From the NCBI RefSeq assembly GCF_036365525.1, contig NW_027141363.1, forward strand, positions 1,240,001 to 1,304,000: DNA of 64,000 nt, given 5' to 3'. This DNA comes from Heterodontus francisci (lineage: Eukaryota). This document shows, in pieces, positions 12,470-22,690 of this stretch. The position numbers and the translations under genes were made by a program. The first letter of the stretch is position 1, and every line of letters starts with the position of its first letter. The notes under the pieces are model-generated. The model did not search any database. It was given only the letters and a program-made list of their open reading frames with translations, and had not been told where the DNA came from.

Positions 12470-13085
12470 GTAGTTGCTGTTGCATTTGTTGGTATCATTC
12501 TGCTGCTGAAGTTGTTGTTGTATTTGTTGTTGTATTTGCTGGTGTTTTTCTCCGACTGAGGTTGTTGGATTTGTTGTTGCTTGAATCTCCTTCTGAGGTA
12601 GTTGTTGTAATAAAAGCAAAATACTGCGGATGCTGGAAATCTGAAATAAAAACAAGAAATGCTGGAACCACTCAGCAGGTCTGGCAGCATCTGTGAAAAG
12701 AGAAGCAGGATTAAAGTTTCGGGTCAGTGACCCTTCATCGGAACTGACAAATATTAGAAAAGTCACAGGTTATAAGCAAGTGACGTGGGGGTGGGGCTAG
12801 AGGTAACAAAGGAGGTCTAGATTGGACCAGGCCACATAGCTGACCAAAAGGGCACGGAGCAAAGGCAAACAATATGTTAATGGTGTGTTGAAAGACAAAG
12901 CATGAGTACAGATTAGGTGTTAATACACTGGTGGAGGTAGTTGTTGTTTTTGTTGGTGTTTTCCCCGCTGAGGTTTTAGTTGTACTTGGTTCCTTCCCTG
13001 CTTAAGTTGTTGTTCAATTTGGTTTTTGCATGTTGAGGTTGTTGTTGTATTTTTTGGAGTTTTTTTTCCCCTGCTGAGTTTATTT
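12470..13085 (-). repeat. Antisense copy of the CAA-rich minisatellite, interrupted by a Penelope-like fragment
   Basis: TGCTGAAGTTGTTGTTG and CTGAGGTTGTTG units at 12470-12608 and 12930-13085 are reverse complements of the units at 10530-10660. Confidence 0.7.
12610..12930 (-). mobile_element. Penelope-like retroelement terminal fragment
   Basis: AAAAGCAAAATACTGCGGATGCTGGAAATCTGAAATAAAAACA...CAGGTCTGGCAGCATCTGTG resembles an abundant shark repeat end. The minus strand carries a hammerhead-like core, CCGATGAAGGGTCACTGACCCGAAAC. Confidence 0.6.
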
Positions 13086-13094
13086 TCTCTTTTT

Positions 13095-13270
13095 CAATTC
13101 ATTCATGAGATTTTGGTTGAGGCCAGCATTTATTGTCCATCCCTAATCATCTAATTGAGAAGGTGGTGCTGAGCTGCCTTCTTGAACCGCTGCAGTCACG
13201 TGGGGTAGGTAAACCCACAGTGCTGTTAGGAAGGGAGTTTCAGGATTTTGACCCAGTGACAGTGAAGAAA
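13095..13270 (-). mobile_element. LINE 3' end fragment (same family as 17695-18215)
   Basis: Reverse complement of 18040-18210 (TTCTTCACTGTCACTGGGTCAAAATCCTG...CTCCCTTCCTAACAGCACTGTGGG). Confidence 0.75.
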
Positions 13271-13324
13271 CTGTCTTGGCCCCAAAACAAGGCAGCAGGT
13301 TGACGGGTCTTATTGGGTCATAGT

Positions 13325-13620
13325 GTCATGCAGGTCAAATCCAGGCCATTCAGCCCATCGATCCTAGCCTGGCAGCTCGAAAGAGCGACCTCCTCCCATC
13401 TTTCTTCATCTTACCCTATCAACAGATTCTTCTATTCCTTTCTCACTCATGTATTTATTCAGCTCCCCCTTAACTGCATCGTCTCTATTCGACCTCAACC
13501 CATTCCATTTGGTCTGTAATTCCACATTCTCACCGCTCCCTGGGTTAAAGAACCTCCTCCTGAATTCCCAATTGGATTTATTAAGTACTACCTTACATTT
13601 ATGATCCCTGGTTTCCATCC
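13325..13620 (-). mobile_element. CR1-clade LINE 3' fragment (antisense)
   Basis: AGGCCATTCAGCCCATCGA, TTCCACATTCTCACC and CTCCTGAATTCCCAATTGGATTTATT are related to the fragment at 11185-11690. Confidence 0.65.
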
Positions 13621-14316
13621 TCCCTGTCCAATTGTTCCCACTCCCTGTTCTTTCTGAATAACCCTGCACTTGATCTTGCAGCTTGTCTGCCTCCTTCCCA
13701 ACATTACAACAGTGACTGCACTTCAAAATGTATTTGACTGTTTGAGGCTGGAGTGAAGCAGAGAGCTGTGGGGCCGAATGGCGCGGATCTGTGCATTGAC
13801 TTTCATCTGGTTCTGTGCCACAAGCGCCAACACGAGTCGAGTTGGAGAATATAACTAATGACTGAAACAGGTTCAGGGTCTGACACTGAAACGCCTGCAG
13901 AATCGGTACTTGCAGTTGCAGCTGGAGCCACTAGGTGCCAGTGTTACTCCACTGTCGCCGCTGCCCAGAACATGCTCAGACAGAGTGAGCTTTCCCCACA
14001 GCAGCTCCACAGGTCAACTTGGCTGCTTCTGAAATGTTTCACTTCTCAACTATTTGACAGACACACACAAAAAAAAGCAGTTAGACTTCATCATGTTTGG
14101 TCTTTAATATTGACCAGAGGCCCCCCGGATTCCCCTGAGGCCTCCTTCGCTCAGCCCCGGAAATGACCTGTCAACATGTCAACATGTGGGAACCAATGAA
14201 CCATCAGGAAGTTGCCCCTCCCCCCGCCTCCCCCCCAATGGGAACATGAAACACTGGGGAGGAGGGGACAGTAAATGTCACTCAGAACATTGAGATATTC
14301 TGCAATAAAGCAGCTC

Positions 14317-14326
14317 AGTGATTTCA
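14317..14326 (+). promoter_or_regulatory. Candidate TRBV promoter decamer (CRE-like) AGTGATTTCA upstream of V2
   Basis: One mismatch to the mammalian TRBV decamer AGTGAYRTCA, about 35 bp upstream of the V2 ATG. Confidence 0.4.
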
Positions 14327-14360
14327 CACAATGAACACATGGATCTGTCTCCCTCCAGAG

Positions 14361-14403
14361 ATGACTGTGTCTCACCTCTGGGTTGTGTTACTGGTGTTAA
14401 GGG
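14361..14403 (+). CDS. TRBV: Leader exon of V2 (MTVSHLWVVLLVLR)
   Basis: ATG at 14361, hydrophobic core and phase-1 donor G|GTAAGG. In frame with the V exon at 14962 (..LR-D-VGA-VLIQQTP). Confidence 0.85.
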
Positions 14404-14961
14404 GTAAGGTGGAACTGGACTGGGAGCTGTCAGTCATCCTCACTGCTCTTTGCCTGTGTGACCCCATTGGGGGTTTACCCCCTTACTAGGCACCGTCACT
14501 GTGATTGTTAATTCAGCTGCTCTCTTTCTCGTTTTGAATTCCTTTCTCTCTCCCCCTCTCTCTTTCTCTCTGTCTAACGATATATGTACCTCTATGTCTG
14601 TCCTTCCCACTCTCCTTTTCTTTCTGTCTCTCTTGCTCTCTCTCCCTGTCCTCTTAGTTCCTTCATGTATGTTGCCCATGCATAGATTGTTGCTGTGTTT
14701 CTCCCTCTGTGTGTTTGCTTCCCCCTCTCTCTCTCTGTCTCTGCTTCTCTCCTTTTCTCTCACTCTTTTTCATTCTCTCTCTCTCTCTCTCTCTGTGCAT
14801 CTCCCCGTCTCCCACCTCTCCCTTCTTACATAGGAACACGGGACATTGAGAACACACAGGAGGTCATTCAGCCCATCATGCCTCTCCCCTCTTTGTGGCC
14901 GATGTCAATTTAAACATTGTCTCTGGGTTTATCTTTCTCTCTCTCTCTCTCTGTTTTACAG

Positions 14962-15260
14962 ATGTGGGGGCCGTGCTGATACAACAGACTCCCGCTTCCC
15001 TATCCCATTCCCCAGGTTCTCCAGTCAGTATCCAGTGTATTTACCCTGAAGCAACAGCTGGCTCCTATTTCTACTGGTACCGGTGGCATCTGGACCGTGA
15101 GCCCGAGAACCTTTTCTATTCCAACGTCCCCGGAACGGTCATTCCCTCCGGTGAGGTGGACGGTTTCACCGCCAGGAGACCCGACAACACCCATTTTTAC
15201 CTGGAGTCCTCCAGCCTGTGGGCGAATCAATCAGCCGTGTATTACTGTGCCTGGAGTCAG
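14962..15260 (+). CDS. TRBV: T-cell receptor beta variable segment V2, V exon (CAWS-type)
   Basis: After the acceptor CTGTTTTACAG: VGAVLIQQTPASLSHSPGSPVSIQCIYPEATAGSYFYWYRWHLDREPENLFYS...FYLESSSLWANQSAVYYCAWSQ. Open frame, followed by an RSS. Confidence 0.92.
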
Positions 15261-15299
15261 CACAGTGACTCAGAAAGGCGCCGGAGTTCAGCAAATACT
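15261..15299 (+). other. 23-RSS of V2 (CACAGTG-23 bp-GCAAATACT, non-consensus nonamer)
   Basis: Perfect heptamer at 15261-15267 and a 23-bp spacer. The nonamer has three mismatches to ACAAAAACC. Confidence 0.88.
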
Positions 15300-15334
15300 C
15301 TAAAGGGGGAGGAAAGCACTTGTGGGAGATAAAC

Positions 15335-15700
15335 CTGTCTGTCTATCTCAGTGTCTTTCTGTCTCTCGGACTATCTGCGAGTTTCTGTGTCTCTTTGTGC
15401 GTCTCTGCATCTATCTATCTGTCTATCTGTCTATCGATCTGTATCTATCTATGTCTATCTATCTTTCCATCTATCTACGTGTCTATCAATCTATCTATAA
15501 ATCTATCTGTATCTATCTATCTTTGTGTTTACCTGTCTGTCTGTCTGTCTCTCTGTCTCTATCTATCTATCTGTATCTATCAATCCATCTGTATCTATCT
15601 ATCGATCCATCTGTATCTATCTATTTATCGATCTCGCTGTCCATTTTTGGTTATTTGCACCATTTATCTATCTATTTATCTCGATCATATATATATATTT
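15335..15700. repeat. Degenerate (TCTA)n/(TCTG)n microsatellite
   Basis: Seen directly in the sequence. Confidence 0.9.
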
Positions 15701-16394
15701 GTCATCTCTGTCTCTCACAGTTTCATCTTCTTGCTCTCCTTCGACTCAGAGTACATCAATACATTATGAATTATTAAAAATGCTGCAGCAATGTGCTCAG
15801 ATCCTTCTCGTTAAGGCAGCCTCTACCTGTAAAGAACAGATTCCGAGGTGGGGTAAATGGGTTCATGGTCCTGTTGAATGAGCTGTCGGTGGTTTTTGAC
15901 AAGAGTTACACATAGCTCCCTGTTGTACATGTCCCCAATGATTCATACAATGCAAAAGTGAGACACCTCCCCAGATAGGTCTCTCACTGGAACACCTGCC
16001 TCCTGACGGCGGTTTGAGCATCTGTTCAAAACAGTTAACCCACTTCTTCATGACACTGTCGCTTTTCAAAGTATCTAAGATTTCACCCCAATGTAAAACA
16101 TAACCCTTGAATTGTCGTTTAGCACAGGGGAAATAACTTTTGATCTGCCGAATACAAACAAGCAACTTAATGTGCCTTATATATTTATAGAATCCTACAG
16201 CAGAGCCGAGGCCATTCAGCCCATCGAGCCTGGCCCGGCTGTTCGAAAGAGCTACCCTTCAACACCAATCAGACACAAGCAACGGGAGCCAGATACAGAC
16301 GGGAAGCAGTTCCTTATTCAAGCTCCTTTCGGCCAGGGGGTGTTATTATTCTGTCATACCCAGAAGTGAGGTGTCAGAAGGAAACCCTGTTTCC

Positions 16395-16404
16395 AGTGCT
16401 GTCA
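16395..16404 (+). promoter_or_regulatory. Candidate TRBV promoter decamer AGTGCTGTCA upstream of V3
   Basis: One mismatch to AGTGATGTCA, about 70 bp upstream of the V3 ATG. Confidence 0.4.
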
Positions 16405-16475
16405 TTTCCGCTCTCTGCTTTATCTTCAGCCGCCTGATATTGGTTCATGAACAGATTCAGCCTTCAGTCTGCAGG

Positions 16476-16521
16476 ATGCAGTTAGTCAAACTCTTCCTAA
16501 TCGTCTGCTCTCTTCTTCCAT
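16476..16521 (+). CDS. TRBV: Leader exon of V3 (MQLVKLFLIVCSLLP)
   Basis: 46-bp exon with phase-1 donor T|GTAGGT. In frame with the exon at 16991 (C-KTLA-EVIHQWP). Confidence 0.87.
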
Positions 16522-16990
16522 GTAGGTATTCATTGTTCATAAAGATACCTGTGCTAAAATACATGCTGTGTTTTCATTCACTGCTAACTTCTATCAAACT
16601 AGATTGATAAAACATCATTGCAGTCGATTTTCTGTCATTTCTTAAACTACATACTTTACTTTCACTGTAAATAATATTTACTTAATGAAATTGTTGACTG
16701 AATGAAAGTTACTTATATATTCGTGACGCTACTACAGCTATCTTTAACCGATAAGTTTGCCCTAATTCTGGGTTAATTTGTCTCTCTCATGTCACTTGCT
16801 ACATTATTTTTCAGTCACTATATCTATCTGTTTATTATCTATATATCTACCAATATATCATTTAACTATATATTGTCTGCCTATATAGTTATCTAGTATT
16901 ATCTAATTATCTATTTTGATAGTTATAGTTGGTTATCATATGTCACAATATGTTCTAAACTTTTTTAAACTATTCTCCTTATTTCTCAAG

Positions 16991-17292
16991 GCAAAACTCT
17001 AGCAGAGGTGATACACCAGTGGCCAACTCTGGTGGCAGTGAAGAGAGGCGAAGCAGCAGAATTAAACTGTTACCAGAATGACAGTAGTAAGAGCGTTATG
17101 CTGTGGTATCGGCAGTATGCCGGGCAGGGGCTCACCCTAATGGGCTATTCTTACACTGGAAGCTCACCCACGTACGAAGGAAAATTTGAAGAGGAGGTGA
17201 AGATTATAAGGCCCGAGGACAAACGATGCAGCCTGAGGGTCCTCAAGGTTAAGGCTGTGGATGCGGCGGTGTATTACTGTGCAGCCAGGGAG
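16991..17292 (+). CDS. TRBV: T-cell receptor beta variable segment V3, V exon
   Basis: After the acceptor TTTCTCAAG: KTLAEVIHQWPTLVAVKRGEAAELNCYQNDSSKSVMLWYRQYAGQGLTLMGYSYTGSSPTYEGKFEE...DAAVYYCAARE. Open frame. Confidence 0.92.
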
Positions 17293-17331
17293 CACAGCGC
17301 TGCAGACTGCCTTAGTGCCAGTACAAAAACC
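17293..17331 (+). other. 23-RSS of V3 (CACAGCG-23 bp-ACAAAAACC)
   Basis: Heptamer 17293-17299 and a perfect nonamer at 17323-17331. Confidence 0.95.
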
Positions 17332-17694
17332 AACAGGGTGAACAACACAACTGACTGACATACAGGAGCAGTGACAATGGTTTATGTCTCTCCCTGCCTC
17401 ACCGGCCGTTTTCCAAGCTGGTGATTCCCGGATTCCTGAACCTTCATCATGGGCTGAATGACAGGGAATAGCACAAGGTCCGAGGAACAGAGAGAGAAGG
17501 AAAGAGAGAGATGTGTCTCAGATCCCCTGCAAAATTTCAAAGTCCTCGTCTACACCGTTTAATTTCTGGCACTGAGTATGTTAAAACTGAGTCACAGTCT
17601 CTGTCCTATACTTGATTAATTAAAAGGTTAATTAATGATGTAAATAAGACAGATAGTTTACATCACCATTGTGAAGCGATGGATAGAGTATCAA

Positions 17695-18215
17695 TCATCT
17701 ACAAGGTACAAGTCAGGAGTGTGATGGAATACTCTCCATTTGCCTGGATGATGCAGCTCCAACAACACTCAGGAAGCTCAACACGATCCAGGACATAGCA
17801 GCCCGGTTGTTCAGTACCCCACCTACCACCTTCAACACTCACTCCCTTCACCACAGTGGCAGCAGTGTATACCATCTACAAGATGCACTGCAGCAAAGCA
17901 TCGAGTGTCCTTAGACAGCACCTTCCAAGCCCACCAACTCTACCACCAGAAGGACAAGGGCAGTAGACTCATGGGAACACCACCACCTGCAAGTTCCCCT
18001 CCAAGCAACACACCATCCTGACTTGGAACTATATTGCCGTTTCTTCACTGTCACTGGGTCAAAATCCTGGGACTCCCTTCCTAACAGCACTGTGGGTGTA
18101 CCTCCCCCACATGGACTGCAGTGTTGCAAAAAGGCAGCTCATCACCACCTTCTCAAGGGCAAATAATTGCTGGTCTTGCAAAAGAAATTCACGTCCCATG
18201 AACGAATAAGAAAAA
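17695..18215 (+). mobile_element. Degenerate non-LTR retrotransposon (LINE) 3' fragment
   Basis: The decayed coding sequence IYKVQVRSVMEYSPFAWM..APTTLRKLNTIQDIAARL is typical of the region C-terminal to LINE reverse transcriptase. It ends in an A-rich tail. Confidence 0.75.
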
Positions 18216-18554
18216 GAAATTATTTCAGCTCTTCCACGACTTCAAGACGCCCCAAGACAGTTAACAGCCAATTAAGAACTGGACAATGATGGTCAGATCC
18301 TCTGCTATCTCTTCTCTTGCTTTGATTTTTTTTTATTCATTCTGGGGACCAGGGTCCCTCTGAGAAGGCCAGCAGTTATTCAACATCGCTAATTGCCCTG
18401 GAGAAGGTGTCTGCTGCCTTGTAGATAACTGAAGGGCTTGCTGGGTCATTTCGGAGAGCAGTGTACTTAAAATACGGAATTCAATTGGTGTACAGCACCA
18501 TTCCATAGGCAGCATAGACAGACAGATAGCTGGCGAGGAAGGTAGACAGACAGA

Positions 18555-18555
18555 C

Positions 18556-18625
<70 letters not shown>
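18555..18625. repeat. (GATA)n microsatellite
   Basis: About 17 perfect GATA units. Confidence 0.95.
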
Positions 18626-18881
18626 GCGAGCGATCTCATGGCTTCGGTGTGAACACGAGCTCAGAAAGTGGCGAGGGGGAGACAAGGGGAGAGAAGAAAG
18701 AAGGAAAAGGTAGCAGAAGGAAGCAAGCAAAAGAATGGGGGAACAACTTAAAGGTAGGGGCGGGGATCATTGCCTTGAGATAACTTCCTCTTATGATGAT
18801 CCGATCTGCCTACACCTCATCTCTCTCCCTCCCTTAAAACCCAGAGTAACCAGCAGAAAGTCTCTCAGATCCACCGCAAAC

Positions 18882-18927
18882 ATGCCTTTCAGTTTCATCG
18901 TCTTTGTTATTTCCCTTCTGGCGCTGA
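18882..18927 (+). CDS. TRBV: Leader exon of V4 (MPFSFIVFVISLLAL)
   Basis: 46-bp exon with phase-1 donor A|GTAGGT. In frame with the exon at 19306 (S-VCRG-DVIHQWP). Confidence 0.87.
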
Positions 18928-19305
18928 GTAGGTTAAAATTCTGTCCCAATCACTCTTCTACATTTGATCAACTGAAAGGGATGATTAATGATCTTAATAA
19001 AACTGAGCGGCGGTGACTTGTGAAATCAGTAATCGATTATTTAATATAAGACAGTGAACTCATTCATCTGTCCCCTAGTTTGGGAAGACAAGTGTTATTA
19101 ATATGATGTTAACTCTTTAATGTTTGCACCACTTGCAAGCTTTTGGATTGCACAATTCTATTTTACAGTTGTAAAAATCCAGGTTCTTGTAGGAAATTAG
19201 GACACAGACCGAATTTCCGTCGTTAATTCGGTGCAACACCGACGCCCATCGTCTCAATTGTAACTCCATCGATACTAGTTCATTCCCTCTAATTTCTCTT
19301 TCTAG

Positions 19306-19614
19306 GTGTTTGCCGGGGTGATGTGATACATCAATGGCCTCAGTCACTGGCTGTTAAACAACCAGGACCCGTGGAAATGAACTGTCTGCAGAAAGGAAAG
19401 ATTCGCGATAACATGTACTGGTATCGTCAGTCCCCCGGCGGAGGATTCCTGTTAATCGGGTTTAACTTTCTAAGCAATGAACCTCAGTATGAAGAGGGTT
19501 TTAAGAGCGGGTTTGTTATTACCAGGACTCTGGACAATAAGAAATCCACTCTGACGATCGAGAGTGTGAACGCCACGGACGAGGCGGTGTATTTCTGTGC
19601 AGCTGGTGATGGGA
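19306..19614 (+). CDS. TRBV: T-cell receptor beta variable segment V4, V exon
   Basis: After the acceptor TTTCTCTTTCTAG: VCRGDVIHQWPQSLAVKQPGPVEMNCLQKGKIRDNMYWYRQSPGGGFLLIGFNFLSNEPQYEEGFKSGFVITR...DEAVYFCAAGDG. The YEEGF motif and open frame are TRBV-like. Confidence 0.92.
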
Positions 19615-19653
19615 CACAGCGGTTCAGAGTCATTGGCCACCTTGACAAAAACC
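19615..19653 (+). other. 23-RSS of V4 (CACAGCG-23 bp-ACAAAAACC)
   Basis: Heptamer 19615-19621 and a perfect nonamer at 19645-19653. Confidence 0.95.
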
Positions 19654-19869
19654 CTCACACGTCTCCCTTCAAACGGGTGCATTTAACCCAGCATTCGGTG
19701 AAGAGCAGCCCTGGCTGATCGGATGCGGATCTGCACCTGTTCAGTGCCCGTTCGAGTGGCAGAACGCCCATGTTCTAACTCCCCACAACCTCCAGACAGA
19801 CAACACACACTGTCTGTGCCCACACCTGTATAATGGTTCATCGAACAGCTCTTCAACCCGTACCTCGGT

Positions 19870-21005
19870 TACACCACACCTGGAGCTCTGTGCACAATTC
19901 TCAGCTCTATGTACTTTGTTTAGACGACACCTGAAGTGCTGAGGACAATGCTGAGGGTGACCTGATAGAGGTGTTCAAGATTATGAAGGAATATGATAGG
20001 GTAGAGGAAGAGAAAATGCCTGCACTTGTAGGGAAGGTCATGAATACATCATACTCACTAATAACTCCAAGAAATGAATTTACACAGAGTGGTGAGAATG
20101 TGGAATTCACTAGCACACAGAAATAAATGATGTGTATCACCAGATATATGTAAATGGATGCTGGATAAAAACATTAGGCAGCAGGAAATAGCACCTCATA
20201 CTGATAGGGCTGGATGAAGACATTGTTTATGTTCTTTCATCAGATGTGGGAATAAAATGTGAGAATAAACTAACCAGCAATATAAACACAGATGGTAGGA
20301 GCTTTTACATAACAAGCAAGAGAGTAGCTAAAGTTGACGTTGGTTCCTTCGAGGTAAAGACAGGAGAAATCACCATGGGGAATGGGGAAATGGCAGGGGA
20401 ATTGAACTAATATTTTGTGCCTGTCTTCACAGTTGAAGACACAAGTTCCATCCCAGAAATAGGCAGTAATCTGGGGCCTAAAAAGAGTGAGGAAATTAAG
20501 GATATTCATATCAATTGAGAAAAAGTTTTGGAGAAACTTGGGGGATTAAAATCTGACAAGTCCCCTGGAACAGATGGATTATATACCAGAGTTCTAAAAG
20601 AGATAGCTGCAGAGAGAGTGGGGGCGCTGGTTATGATTTTACAGAATTCCTTAGATTCAGGAATGGTCCCATCGGATTGAAAGCTGACAAATGTTACACG
20701 GCTTTTCAAGAAAAGAGGCAGTGAGAAATCTCAGGATAAGGGATCAATCATTCCGGACTGAGATGAGGAGAAATGACTTCACTCAAAGGGTTGTGAAACT
20801 TTGGATTTCTCTATCCCAGAGTGTTGTGGATGCTCCTTCACTGAATACATTTAAGGCTGGAATTTTTGATCCCTCAGGAAATCAAGGGATATGGGGAGTA
20901 GGCAAGAAAGTGGAATTGAAGCCCAAGATCAGCCGTGATGGTATTGAATGACGGAGCAGGCTCGATGGGATATATGGTCTACATCTGCTCCAATTTCTTG
21001 TGTTC
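19870..21005 (+). mobile_element. Cluster of decayed CR1-clade LINE fragments
   Basis: GDLIEVFKIM (~19955), LKSDKSPGTDGLYTRVLKE (~20545), and a 3' end FRTEMRRNDFTQRVVKLW followed by CR1-type 3' UTR to ~21005. Confidence 0.75.
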
Positions 21006-21233
21006 TGTGGGTCTCAAGTCATATGTCGGCCAGACCAGGTAAGGATGGCGGATTTCCTTCCCTAAAAGACATGAGTGCGCCAGCTGGGTGTCAGGGCACC
21101 TTAACAGAGACGAGCTTTCAATTGCAGATTTTCTGATGAAATAATTGTATTGATTCATTAATTAAATTTAAATTCCACCATCTGACCTGGTAAGATACTA
21201 ACGCATGTCCCCTGGAGATTCACCCCGGCCTAT

Positions 21234-21602
21234 GGGCGGCACAGTGGCGCAGTGGTTAGCACTGCAGCCTCACAGCTCCAGGGACGCGGGTTCGATTCTG
21301 GGCACTGCCTGTGTGGAGTTTGCAAGTTCTCCCTGTGTCTGCGTGGGTTTTCTCCGGGTGCTCCGGTTTCCTCCCACAAGCCAAAAGACTTGCAGGTTGG
21401 TAGGTAATTTGGCCATTATAAATTGTCACTAGTATAGGTAGGTGGTAGGGAAATATAGGGACAGATGGGGATGTTTGGTTGGAATATGGGATTAGTGTAG
21501 GATTAGTATAAATGGGTGGTTGATGGTCGGCACAGACTCGGTGGGCCGAAGGGCCTGTTTCAGTGCTGTATCTCTAATCTAATCTAATCTAATCTAATCT
21601 AA
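21234..21602 (+). mobile_element. HE1-like tRNA-derived V-SINE, full length
   Basis: Pol III A box TGGCGCAGTGG and B box GGTTCGATTC. V-SINE core TGTGTGGAGTTTGCA..TTCTCCCTGTGTCTGCGTGGGTTT..CTCCGGTTTCCTCCCAC. CR1-type tail GGGCCGAAGGGCCTGTTTC ending in (AATCT)n. Confidence 0.9.
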
Positions 21603-21866
21603 TTCGATGTCACCAGCGTCAGCAGCCGAAACAATGGATAAAAAATGGGAAGATGGAGCAATTTCAAAGCATGTCTTCAAAATGCCTATTTTATCAATTG
21701 CACGTTGCAAATATCAGGTGCCTGTAGTTACACATTACAGCCACGAGATGGGGATGGAGCTCCACCACAGCCTGAGTCCCACTCGCTTCTGTGAAGACTG
21801 AGCGAGCAAAGCAGCAGTGACTTGACCAATCCACCTAATCGTCAATTCCACTAACTCTGAAACAGA

Positions 21867-22012
21867 TTCAAATCATAACCATTCCACACAAAATAGACAA
21901 TTGGATTTCCCCAAGTCTGCTCGTTCATAGTGACTGGTTTGAGCAACACTTGTGATATACTGAAACAGATGATCTGAAGGAAGTAAAGAGGGGAAGCAAA
22001 GTGAGAAAACAG
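21867..22012. repeat. Left arm of a 146-bp inverted repeat
   Basis: Reverse complement of 23432-23577 with about five mismatches. Confidence 0.92.
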
Positions 22013-22169
22013 TGAAAGAAAAATGGATAAGGTGGCATTTTATATAAAAAATCATATTCAGGGATGCGCACATCACTGACAAGGTCAGCATTCATTACCT
22101 TTGCCGAATTGCTCTTAACTGAATGACTTGCTCGCCCATTTCAGAGGCAGTTAACAGTGAACTACATTG

Positions 22170-22690
22170 CTATCAGGTGATACATTTTGGCAGAATGGAG
22201 ACAGAGAGGAAATACAGACTTAATGACACAGGCCTAAAGAGTGTTCAAGGACAGAGGGACCTGGGGGTTAATGTGCATAGATCTTTGAAGGTGGCAGGAC
22301 ATATGGAGAGAGAGGTTCACAAAGCTTATGGGATCTCGAGATTTATAATTAGAGGTAAAAGTACAAAAGCAGGGAGATTGAGCTCAACATTTATAAGGCT
22401 CTTGTTAGGCCCCAACTTGTGTATTGAGTCCAGTTCTGGTCACCACACTTGAGGAAGGATGTAGGGTCCTTGAGAGGGTGCAGAGGAGATTTACTGGAAT
22501 GGTTCCAGGGATGAGAGATTTTAGCGACATGGTTAGGTTGTTGAAGCTGTGGTTTGTTCTCCTTGGAGCAAAGGAAATTGAGGGCAGATTTGGTAGAAGT
22601 GTACAAAATGAAGAGAGGTTTAGGTAAAGTAGACAAAAGAAAAGCTGTTCCCATGAGCTGATGGTACAAGGACGAGGGGACACTGGTTCT
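22170..22690 (+). mobile_element. CR1-clade LINE ORF2 fragment (frameshifted)
   Basis: VIHFGR...QRDLGVNVHRSLKVAGH...LERVQRRFTGMVPGMRDFS motifs. Confidence 0.85.

Noticed and set aside
12269-12766. Poly-Q ORFs (also 10565-10816)
   Set aside because: They derive from the CAA-rich minisatellite and repeat fragments.
21234-21310. tRNA gene
   Set aside because: The A and B boxes belong to a SINE head followed by a V-SINE core and LINE-derived tail. No full cloverleaf is evident.
21605-21866. Hidden minus-strand V exon next to the left inverted-repeat arm
   Set aside because: Translation after the AG acceptor shows no Cys/WYRQ/YxC motifs, and there is no RSS.
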